The notes below the pieces were generated by a model that was given only the letters and a program-made list of their open reading frames with translations, was not told the origin of the DNA and did no database searches. 64,000 nt of DNA, from NCBI GenBank assembly GCA_965645245.1, contig OZ287086.1:930001-994000 (forward strand), given 5' to 3'. The position numbers were made by a program, and so were the translations under genes. Shown here piece by piece: positions 12,501-22,753 of this stretch (the first letter of the stretch is position 1; each line of letters opens with the position of its first letter). Source of the DNA: Massalongia carnosa. Lineage: Eukaryota.

Positions 12501-13065
12501 CCGCACTGCACTGGACCGAGTCCTACGCTATTTGAAAGGGACCATAGACCTAGCTTTGGTGTATGATCATAGCCGGGCTGAGCATCCTATTGGCTACGCT
12601 GATGCAGCGTACGGAGATGATTTGGAAGATAGGAAATCAACTTATGGGCACACCCTACTAATCGGAAATGCGTCAGTAACGTGGGCTAGCAAGAAGCAAA
12701 GAACTATAGCTACCTCCACCACTGAGGCCGAGTACGTGGCTATGTGCCAGGCAAGCAAAAACGTTGTATGGGCTACCCGCTGGATAAATGAGTTGGAATT
12801 CGGCCACATACGCAATTTACCTATCAAACTACTCGGAGACAATCAAGGGACACTGAACCTGATAAAAAATCCTGAACATCACAGTAGGACCAAACACATC
12901 GACGTTCAGTATCACTATATTCGAGAAGCTGTCGCCGATAATTATGTGAAAACCGCATATGTTCGCACCCAGGAGATGGTCGCTGATTTTCTTACCAAGC
13001 CAACCAAATCCGACGTCTTCACCACTTTGCGGGCCATGTTCGGTTTGAAGGAGGTGGATTTCTGA
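9550..13065 (+). CDS. pol: Copia pol (protease-integrase-RT-RNase H), open but the first catalytic Asp of RT appears changed to Asn
   Basis: WIIDSGAS, WHARMGH, HTDVWGP, RCDNAKEY, NGVAER, QMNV (usually MDV), LYGLKQSG, YVDD, YADA, EAEY, KHIDV. Confidence 0.92.
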   Translation: MVKEDDQDDQACIARKGQDESLNAWIIDSGASRHMTPNGNIFTSKRSIKAAVTVANGEKLHAKGVGNVSFDIEGQNIRMTDVLHVPELDVNLLSISALNRKGLSVLFRKDGVDIRQGDNLVASGIMRGKIYFLRSSQTALLSKDAGVLEDISDFSEIENLGNAETTTPNTIARKDINEIPEGSNEKQIARKLGLYKLWHARMGHVNPKRLGSLSQHVTGIDQIIHPNLKSLNCSVCNFSNMTRVVNRDTPRRVDRRLGRVHTDVWGPYREVSIGGHRYFVSLIDDLTRRSWLLCMRSRREIYEKIGEWQTAIGLQMGEKVAIYRCDNAKEYQKFERIIHADGVRMEYTTAYTPEENGVAERFNRKIIQMTRAMLIWSGLPQGFWGEAACTANYLRNLLPAGRDDLSPIELWHGHKPNISHIRTFGCVVHVHIPSENRAKLDRVSFQGIFVGYHSSQQMRIYNPKTKRVQWHTSVKFLENVPGGKLLQNLESTPMDKLLSYDDGDNKMIDRGDQDPEPSFNRSISSDGATQVERDIDQNQPRPGDIAKHRDDASPGHVNQPVGDVDDSTSTPNPGNNSIGADVLLPTPNSGASTSTNTSNPSMSNQSIPKSKGREAANEPTRRSTRSTRSYDRYRFDNESGRKTNDRLPDRRPEPSTYNEAITCEDHRLWKIAIGKQLNSLIANGTWKLVNRPSSDVNVIISKWVFKVKYTSSGLVDRYKACLVARGFTQVHGIDYEETFAPTLRLDSLRMLLAFAAYFGFEIEQMNVPDAYLKGELNEVIYMEVPQGYELPTRQQDHILHLLRPLYGLKQSGREWNVKAKKHLKSIGFNPISSDNCVFVNTSTRVIIALYVDDILIFAKSLTTINAVKAELHKEYKMKDIGKAAFILGIRIRRDVKGKVLALDQSTYIRKLLRDFNMENSHSVSTPIDGYHALTPSGPSDERTNQTEYQKRIGSLMYAMVGTRPDIAFAVCKLSQFCQDPCVRHRTALDRVLRYLKGTIDLALVYDHSRAEHPIGYADAAYGDDLEDRKSTYGHTLLIGNASVTWASKKQRTIATSTTEAEYVAMCQASKNVVWATRWINELEFGHIRNLPIKLLGDNQGTLNLIKNPEHHSRTKHIDVQYHYIREAVADNYVKTAYVRTQEMVADFLTKPTKSDVFTTLRAMFGLKEVDF

Positions 13066-13489
13066 GGGCATACAACGGCCCAGGCTGCATTGGAGTATCG
13101 GACCAATGAGCATGCATCTAGTAGGATTTCATATGTTTTGAGAAGTGTTTATGGAGGCACTCAGCTAACCTCGTAGTGGGAGTGTTGCTAATTGACGAGG
13201 TTGTTGACATGACCTCATGCAACGTGCTTTTCGTGAATATCAAAGCGATAAGATAAGAAGTTCGCGTGCCAATCAGTCAAGAACACATCGTATTTTATCT
13301 TTCATAATGCATGACTCATATCTAGACTAGACTAGACTCTATTATGAAAGGAACTTTCGATCTGCTCGCACACTGCTTGGGTTATAGATGTATGATCAAT
13401 GACTGTATCTTTCTCATTCTGCTAGTCTACCGCTGATCGTGTCCAAGGATCACAATCCCCCTCGACAACGGATCCCTTTATGTCGAAAC

Positions 13490-16400
13490 TCACGCTATTC
13501 CTAGCTGCGCATCCGATACGAAATGCGACCCTCCAGCGCACCTATACCCTTCCGCCTGCTTGATCCAGCGAAACCCAGCACAACAAACCCCCATCTCCCT
13601 CAATTTCTTTTGAGCCTCGCGCTCTTTCCGCCGCTGCTCCTCCTCCGCCTGCCGTCTACGCTGCAAGGCCTCTAGATCCGCCTCGCGGGCCCGTCGTTCC
13701 AGCTCGTGCTGTAGACGTGCTTCCTCGTGGCGGCGTTTTGCTTCGTCGCCTACAGCGTGTCGAGCCGCTTCTTCAAGAGCGGCGGTGATTTTGGCCTCAG
13801 TCTTTCGCACCGCTGCTGCCGCTGCTTCTTGCTCAAGCAATTGCTTGTATTCCTGCTCGCTGGCTTGGGCCGCAGCTTTGTCCTGCTGTAAGCGCTCCCA
13901 CACCTCGTCGCTCACTCCGGCATCCCGCGGCGGATCGATGGATGTTGCTTGTGCGTCATGGTTCGGTGGGGGGGGCCGACGATCCTTGTGAGATGACACA
14001 CTCTGCGTGGATCGCGCTATTGGTGTTACGGGAGGGCTGTTCAATCGCTCAGGGAGCGGTCGATGAGGGGGCGAAGGTGGCGGGCCATGATCTAAAATAG
14101 GTATATGGCATCTGTGCGCTCGTTCGGCAACCATAGCGTCGAGTCCTACCACGATGATTTCTTCATCAATCGTCAACTTTCCAGGCGATGTCGTAGCGGC
14201 CCGTATGGTCTTGCCGAAGACACCCTTTGCAAGAGTCTGGATATCGCGGGCATTTGCCCAGTTGGGTAAGTTTGAGAGCACCTGGAATCGATCCAACAGC
14301 TTCTCGAGAAATTCTTTCCGCGGAGATTCTAGGATCGTCATGTCTAGATCTCGATTTTTCTGAAGAAGCTTTTGCTTTTGTCCCCGAAGCTGTTCGGTAA
14401 AGAGCTTCGTACATTCGCTTGGGTCCAGGCTCCTAAATATAAGCGTTTCTGGAAAGCGACTCGTTAAGCCTGGGTTGATGGACATCAGCCGGTTGATGTC
14501 GGCGTCATATCCTGCAAGAATTAAGATAAGCTTTTGCGCAAATTTTGGTTTCGTAATACTGTCGACAATTTCGTCCATAGCTTCTTTGGCAAAGTGGCCC
14601 TCTGCAAGCCGGTATGCTTCATCAATGAACAGGATTTTCCCAACCGCCTTCTCTAACAGCTTCTGCGTTTTCGGCCCCGTTTGCCCTACATATTGGCCAA
14701 CGAGTTCAGTGGCAGAGCTTTCAACCACTTCTGCTGTAGCCAAAAAGCCCATGTCATAGTAAACCTTTCCCATTTTTCTCGCTGTCGTAGTTTTCCCCGT
14801 GCCTCAACCGGTTTGTTAGTTTGTCACCAATATGATATAATGCATTTGGCTTACCTGGGGGCCCACGGAAAAGAAAATTAAAAGGAATCTGTTCGCGAGG
14901 ATCCATGTCTACACTCTTCATGTTCCTTGCAATCTCTTGGTATCCCTTCAGCTGAGCAACTATATCATCGCAGCCCACGACCCCTTCAAATAGCACACGA
15001 ATGTTCGTCTCTGCACGCTCTCCTCGATCAAAATCCTCATCAAAATCCTGCGCTTCGAGCGTAGCCGTGTTTTTAGGTTTCCTTCCTTTCGAGAAACGCC
15101 CTTGGTGACGGGCTTTGGCGCCATTCAGCAGGATATCCACCTCGCCGGCGTTTCCGAAATGTGGGCGATTGCGGGCTCGGCATAGAACCTCCAGCGCGAC
15201 CTTCTTGCCTTGGTCCGTCGCGCCGAAACCTTGCTGCTTCAACTTGAGGTCAAGGATCCCGCGCAGCTCGTCGTCCGTGAAATCCTCAAACACGAAAGCC
15301 GAGTCCAAAGGAAATCTCCGGCTGAGCCCGGGATTCACCTTCTGAAACATATCTTCCATTTGATCCTTGTAGCCAAGTAGAAGTACGCATCGATCTTCCC
15401 CCGGCGTGCTCTGCACTTCGGCAACAATGGTATCGATGACGGCGGTCTTGTACGGATCGGCCTGTGACCCGCCCTCATCCCCCTTCCCTCCTCCATATAG
15501 GCCGTACGCCTCGTCTATTACAAGAACCTTTCCAATAGTGGAAGCTAATATGCCTTTCGTATTCTTTTCCGATTCTCCAAGCACACTGCCTACGAAATCG
15601 GCCGGATTTTTTTCAACCACTAGTCTCGTTAGCATTCGCTGTGCACGAAGTTATGTCAGAAAACCCAACCTTCGCCGTTAGAGAGCATCCCAATATGAGC
15701 AAGTGCCTGTCCATATAACTTCGCGACTGAGGTTTTCCCAGTGCCTGGGGAGCCAAGAAAGACACGGTTCAGGGAATACTTCACAAGAGGCTCCTCCTCC
15801 AACTCCCGTGAGTAGTTATACTGAACGCTATCGAAAAGTGCAAGCACGGATTGCTTAACAGCTTTGAGACCAATAAGGTTTTGAAGGTCAGTCCAAGCGT
15901 GACAATTTTTCAGCGCCAGCGCCGGCTCCGGGCCAATCATGTCTTCCTTTGCGAGCAGCATATCATCGGTTGCGATTCCGGTCCTCCTCTCCAGTCGAAT
16001 ACGATTGGCTTGCCGCTCAGCAATATGAGCGCATGCGTTTTCCACAGCGCGAGCATTTCCAAACCCTTCATGACCGCGTCCGCGACCGATGCGACGCGCG
16101 ACAATGCGGGCGTAGAGGCCAGCCGTACCGCCCTCCACGTTCATTCTTCCGTTATACTTTTTGTCAATCTTGCGTGCCAAGATCTGTAGAAGCTCGGCAT
16201 CGCCATAGTCTTTGCACTGCAGCTCATGAGGGAATCGGCTATGTATGCCAGGGTTGTGCGAGAAGAATGCCTCCATCTGCTTGTTGTAACCTGCAAGGAT
16301 GAATACGACCTTTCCGGTCAAGTTCTCGACTTCAGCAAGAAGAAAATCAAGGACCTGTTTTCCGGCGTAATTCTGATCTGAAGCGAGCTGGTAGGCCTCA

Positions 16401-19400
16401 TCGATGAAAAGTACACCTCCGCCATTGTTAAGAATATCTTCTATCTGCTTTTTGCACCCTGCGACTCCGCCATTTGTGAGTCGTGATCCGGTAGTCTCCA
16501 CGAAAAAGCTACCAGGGAGGGCACCCACTGAGGTCAAGAACTTAGCGTAGAGCCGAGCAACTGTCGTCTTACCTATAACTTCGTAAGCCCAATCACGCCA
16601 AAGAATCACATCAAAAAATCAACGCGCACCTGTGCCTGGATTACCCAGCAAAGCAGCGCCAAACCGCTCCTCTTTCATGTCAACATTCTGGCGAACAGCG
16701 GTGTCGACCCTTGATTTGATGGACAGGAATTTCTCTTTGACGTTTTCGAGGCCAATCATATCCATCAGAGAATCAAGTGCTTCGTTTTGTGCACCTTCGA
16801 GCTCTTTTTGGTTTGCCCATTCGCCCCCAGCACTGGAACTCGAAGTGTCCAGGCTATCTTTCTCTTGGTCCTTGGTCGCCGATTGCTCCGTATCAGGAGC
16901 GGAACTCGGGGTGACGTCAGGAGGAGCGGTGGTAGCGCTGGCTTGACTCATTGTAGTTGTCGGCGAAGGGTCTTTTTTGCTTATATGCTTCTTCCTTCCC
17001 ATACCGTCTCTCAAACCATCCAGATCTTGCTGGTGCTGATGAAGAACCTTCTCTCTCTCGTCCTGATCTAATTGGTTTCTCAATATGCGTCTCTCATGCG
17101 CAATTTCATCTTGGAGTTCAATCAGTTGTCGCGCGTACTCCTTCTGCTTGGTTTCGCGCTCAACCTCGAGTTTATAGTCTCTTTGGCGCTTCAATTCCTG
17201 CCTGCGATCCTCGGCTTCACATACTCTGCAAGTAGAGGCTTTTTTGAAACACGGTCGGGTTAATATGTGATTTCGAGAACAGAGTGACTCTACAATCTTC
17301 TGACATTCCATCTTGGAGTGATCAAACAGCTGATGACACCGCTGAGGGCAATCGTGAATGCCGCATCTTAGTTTCGTTCCACTGCTCGATTCATTAGCAA
17401 AACGTACAATATTCGTCCATCCAAACCTACCAAGGTTCAGCGCATCCGCCATCAGGGCATTCCGTCTCAAAATCCTCTTTCTTTTGCAGAAGAATCTTCA
17501 TCTGCGGATGTCGTTCGCATTTGACAGGTAGTCCATCGTACAAGTGATGATCTTCGCTGAGCTGATTGAGAAAAGGTACCCAAGCTTCTTTGCCTCTCCG
17601 GCTTTTCATGAAAGTGTCTGCATTTCCAATGATGATAAGTGCGATGCGGGCTCTGGACAATAAGACATTGAGTCTCTGTGGCGCAGCCATGAACCCAATT
17701 TCGGCAGTCTTGTTGCTGCGGGTGAGAGACGCGATTACGATATCGCTCTCTTCGCCTTGATAGTTGTCTGTAATCGTCAGCATCCTTGAGACGATTGGGG
17801 GTGGTATCGAAGGATAATTTAGCCACTACCAAAGAGAGGTGAATTTACCGATAGTAGATATTCGAATAGGACGCTTGGTAAGCTGTGCACTTGCCCGTGA
17901 GAGCAAACCAGCTCGAACCAGATCGAACGAGTCGAGGTCGTTCAGGATCGGGTCATTCTCCTTGCCAAGCTGATTCCGAAGAAGATGTAGCTGCCCAAGA
18001 TACGGTGTGAGGATCACCAACTTGTCCGTCCCATACCCTTGTTGCGCCAAGTATCGCACAATTTTCAGCACCATCTCGACCTCGAAAACATTCCGCTTGC
18101 TGGCTTTGGCGCCTTCGTCTCGACGATCAGCGATTTGTGTAAAATCAACCTCCGGATGATTGTGATTGAAGAATATAACCCGATCCTGTAGGCCGCGAGG
18201 TGGGGGACGATTCAAAGTTTTCTCGTCGTCTAGTAGGTCAGGATAAGTGAGATGCCTCACAAGAGATGAAATCTCCGGGCACATGCGATGTTGGTTGGTG
18301 AGTGTGGTATGTGGATATCCTGCAAGAACGAGCCGCTCAAAAAGAGATCGGTTCAAGTCATACCCGTCTCCTTTTTCGATCGTGAGAGCGTAATTGTTGA
18401 CTTTGGGACGCAATTGCTTGTGGTCGCCGATAAGTACTAGCTGCTTGGTTTCGGAAGATATGGCTGTGAGAACGTGGGATTCCAAGATTTCGCCAGCCTC
18501 TTCGACCAAGATCACGCCTGGGGAAGCGCTCTGAAGGTCTCGCGAATACTTCGCAGCTGCAGTCGTCGTGCAGCCAATGACGCGCTTCTGTTTGAGAATG
18601 GACGTGGTCTGCTCGCTCAGCGCCTCGTCCAAGCGATTCTGACAGTGATCAAAGCGTTGTGTCGATTTACAGGTTTTCATTACTTGCTCCTGAAGTAAGG
18701 CATGAACCCACTTGTCCATACAGGCCTGCCGTGCAGCAAGATCCATGCTCCAGACCTTTCGGTGTTCTTGCGAAACTTCCTTAGCGAAAACTCCCGCATC
18801 AGTGCCCTTGAACCAACGATCAAAGAGATAGCCAGGTCCCACGCTTTTGCCTCGTTTACCCACCATGATCATGCCGTCTTCTTGCTCTGGAATACTCAGT
18901 GCCTCGTAGAAATAAGCATCTTCCTCGGAAAATTCCAAATATTCAAGTATGTCTCTCCATTGGACAGAGAAGTCATTGTATGATTGAAAATCGAAGGTCA
19001 AACAGCTTTGAAGCTCCTCTGCGTCCTTTTTTAGCATATTGACCAAATCCCACACAGGTTGAGACCGCCGGTAGGAGGATTTCTGCTCGGAAAGGTTGAG
19101 ACAGGCTGTTCTTGAGGTGGACTTTGCTCCAAGACGCACAATGTTCTCTGGTGGAATCCCAATGTCAAGAAAATCCTCGAGAAATTGATCGAGGGCGTGG
19201 TTCGTGTAGCAGATGACCAAGATAGTTTGACGGGTATGGTCATGGAATGCTTTGGCAAGCAACGCGCCAATAAAAGACTTGCCGGTGCCTGAACAAATTA
19301 GTCTTGGAAGCGCTAGTGTAGAGTACTTAGATCACACCTGGAGGCCCTTGAATCAAACTCAGTGTTTGGGTTAACCCTGCAATTAGTGACTTCATCTGCG

Positions 19401-20814
19401 ACGGGTCGAGCGTAATGGCCTTCGCTGTTCGTAAAATATGCTGGACATCATTGCTAATTCTTCCTTTTAGCTGTTCCATAAGCAACTGAGGAATCAAGGG
19501 GGGTTGGGATGCCCCATCTTTAGGATTATGGCCTAGCAACTCCTCTGCCAGGGGCAAGTCTACTTTCTCTTGAAGACACTTCAGCACCGGCTCATACGCA
19601 AAGATAGCCGTATCAACAAGCAAAAACTCGAGATTCCCTGACAGCTTTAAGGCAAAAAGGGCTTTCTTGAACGCTTCATCCTCCGAGATTCGCAGCATAA
19701 CAACGGGGGGTTGCCTCATCAAGGCATCTTCATTCCTATCCACGGTGGCAAAAGCCACAATCTCTCCGCCGCGGATCATACATCCAAAGGACTGATGCTT
19801 TAGAAAGCTACGATTCTCGCGAAGGAACACTTTACGCTCAGAAGGCTCCAGGAGGGTCAGCTGCTCAAGCCCAGAACCGCACTGGACGGCCAAAGCGCAA
19901 GGCTTCCATCTTTTCTCGTCGCCGCAGGAAATCCCTACCGCTAACAGGTTCCGCAGGACCAGAGCCGATCGTCTTCCTTTCTTCTGCCCTCTCGCAACCT
20001 GAAGGCCATCGCGGAGCTCTGCAAGCATGTCCTCGCGTAGAAGGCGAAATTGATTGTCTAGATGCATGGCAACCCGATACTCTGGTTGCGCTTCGGTGAT
20101 GGCGTCCGCTGGTCGATAGAAAGGTTTTTCGGTGGAGAGGAACTCATCCGCAGTCGGATAAATGGCAATTTTGCGGAAATCCGTGCAGTCGTTGTCATGA
20201 CGGCCTCCAGGAGCACATTCCAGGTCCACAGACGCGGCGGAAGCCCTGGTAGAAAGGACGTGTTGGATCTTGTAACCGAGCGTACGGATCTCGTGGGTCA
20301 AGGACTCGAGGAGAAAACCCTCGGTGGCTATACCTTGTGCATCCTGCAGAACGTCGACCTCACTGGAGGGCGGCAACGATATGAGTTCCAAGAGCAGCCA
20401 GGCAAAGGCATGTACCGAGTCCTGGGCCAGCAAACGCTCCTTGTACAATGCAATCAGGGCGTTCCACAAAGTCGGTGGCTCGACGATGATGAGGAGGAAC
20501 TGTCGGAGAAACTGACCATTGCACACCTGTTTTACGGCCGGTTCGGATAGGTATTTGATGAATGGTGCAGTATACTGATTGATAAAAGACGCTGAAAGAT
20601 CAAACCGCAAACCAGATTGGAGAGCTCTCAAGGCTTGTGAACTGGCGACCAACTTCTCCACGCAGCTCTGGTGGTCTTTCTGGTCGCAAACGGCCTCGAG
20701 GAATAACTTCGTGTCTGCTGCATTTTTAATAACTCTTTTCCCGTGCAGAACATGTCCAAAATGTAAGGTCAATTTCCTGGATCGCGAGGAGTCTGAGGGA
20801 GTAGAGGAAGACAT
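13490..20814 (-). CDS. ZNFX1-like SF1 (Upf1-like) RNA helicase fused to NFX-like Cys/His region, three CbbX/SpoVK-type AAA+ domains and a C-terminal Cys/His motif (7 exons, about 2,300 aa)
   Basis: Helicase motifs RHDND..DFRKI.IYPT.DE, LDNQFRLLRED, QGPPGTGKS, CYTNHALD, EEAGE, LIGDHKQLRP, SLFERL, QHRM, TPYLGQ, DNYQGEE, RLNVLLSRA. Cys/His region CGIHDCPQRCH. Three GxPGTGKT / IDEAY / SRF / (F/W)xNA sets. Six introns (19337-19289, 17848-17768, and near 17430, 16630, 15670, 14855) join the ORFs, and I found no internal stops. Confidence 0.9.
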
Positions 20815-21209
20815 GATGGCGGTATGTATTGCTCAATGAAACCTCGACCAATCACTCCTTCACACTATGGCGCCTAAAGCGTCAGGTGAGGTGAAAGGCA
20901 GGAGTATCTTGCACTTTAGAACAAAAAGCACTTCAGTATGGTTTCCTTTTCCTTCATAGAAGCCGAGACTACTGTTTTTGACTGCAAAACATCAGCAAAC
21001 ACGCTTCTTGCAGCAAAACAATCAGTTTCGCTCGGTAACGAATCATTTACTTCTATATTCTACCTACCCCGCCTTCAGCCTAGCTGAGCGGCATGTATCC
21101 TTCCGATGTGCTGCACATTTTGTAGTAGCACTCTCCGTACGCTCTGCGACCTCTCGTAGTCGCATCTCACCTAACGACATAGCATCCAGCAGACATTTAT
21201 TTACCTGCC
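20815..21209. promoter_or_regulatory. Probable bidirectional promoter
   Basis: 395 bp between two divergent start codons. No specific cis-element verified. Confidence 0.5.
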
Positions 21210-22753
21210 ATGTCTACTAACCGCGGCAGATGGCCCGTAGGGAGCGCTGGTCGAGGGCACGGCTCGTCTTTGCTATTCCGTGGTCGAGGGCGGGGTTTCA
21301 ATCAACATTCAAGCCAACCGCCAAGGCAGACGGCAGCCCGGCCTCCGTCCCCTCCCCTGGGTCCGGTGCTCAAAACGCTCGGCGAGGACGAGCTTGCCGA
21401 GTCTCCCAGTCTCGGTGCATCGACTCCGGGAATCATCGACTGCGAAGATATCGTATCCTACAACTGGCTGCATGGGTCCGAGCCTACTATCGTAATTCCC
21501 GGTCTGCATGCTCTCCCTTCCCTATCTTGTAACACTCTGAATGATGATGTGTAAAGATAAGGAACGAGAAGCTGATTCTTACAAAAGGAAAGCCGGCGGC
21601 TTGGACACCCCCGATCACACTCACCAAGCTCAAGGAGGACAATGGAGACTACTTTCGCGATCGAAACGCCGCGCGATACCCAGCTCATCCGATGGAGCCA
21701 GCGGTCCAAGCTATCTTCGCCTCCCACCCTGACTTTCCTACGGCCTCCGTGGAGGTTTTTGCATGCAGCAGCACACTTGGGAATCTGCTCCGGTTCGTGC
21801 GCAAAGTGGACAAGCCCTTTCGAATGCTCGTCGAGGTTATTGGAGACACGGTCTTCTTTGTGCGCCGGGAGAACTCACCAACAGAGCTGATCCCTAACGT
21901 TAGAGGATTCGGTCATACGTTTCCGGAGATGTACACCACATGGGAGGCTGACGTAAAAAAGTCCGAGTCTCACCAGCGTGTCGTACGCTACGGGTTTGGG
22001 GGCTTAAATTGCCTCGTACGGTTTGAGGCCGACGGGTATCACAAAGATTTGGTCTCGAAAGGGGCTGAGCCTAGAGGAGCGCCCGAGCCTACTGAAACCG
22101 GTAATCTCGACGATATACTCGCGGCAGCTCTCGGCAACAGCACCATCGCTGCACATCCTTCCGAACATGACAAGCCCTTAGCCGTCATCCGCGGCGGACA
22201 ACGGATTTCGCGATCCGCCATTTTCGACCTGAAAACTCGCTCTTTCCGGAAAAAAGATCAGGACACCCTTGGCGAGGAGCTGCCCCGTTTATGGACGGCT
22301 CAGATAAACAATTTTATCCTCGCATACCATGTGGCAGGCATTTTCAACGACATTCAAATACGGAACGTCCGCCATGAGATTGACGACTGGGAGCGCGATA
22401 ATGCGGATACGCTCCGTCGATTTGCAGGTCTCTTACGGAAAATTGTGGCGTTTGCTCGGAGCAGGACAGACAGGAAGTTCGAGGTGCGGCGTCGAGCGGT
22501 CGACGTTTTGGAGCTGAGAGAGCAGGAGGGAGGGGCGAGTTCCACTCTTTCAGCTGCCGTCGAGGCGCGTTGGGTTGCGGGAAAGTCGGATGGATCCGAG
22601 CGTCCTAGGGATGAACCCCAAGGACCGGATCCGCGCAACATATCCACGATCGATGATGAAAACGACTCTTTTGACTGGGACGAGGGATCCGACAAGGATT
22701 TCACCGCATGTACAGCGGAGGACTGTGGATACTGCGGTCAATGCACCTATTAG
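21210..22753 (+). CDS. DXO/Rai1-like PD-(D/E)XK nuclease-fold protein (2 exons, about 485 aa)
   Basis: Intron 21502-21587 joins SYNWL..PTIVIPG to KPAAWTPP in frame. Ordered motifs GHTFPE, RFEADGY, FDLKT and RLWTAQ resemble DXO motifs II-V. RG-rich N-terminus and C-terminal CTAEDCGYCGQC. Confidence 0.75.

Larger units (their letters stand above)
8007..13233 (+). mobile_element. Ty1/Copia LTR retrotransposon, inactive, 3' LTR truncated
   Basis: 5' LTR 8007-8488 (tgttg...caaca), PBS ggttatgagccc 8489-8500, gag-pol, purine tract agtgggag, then 3' LTR 13183-13233 identical to the first 51 bp of the 5' LTR. Confidence 0.95.
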
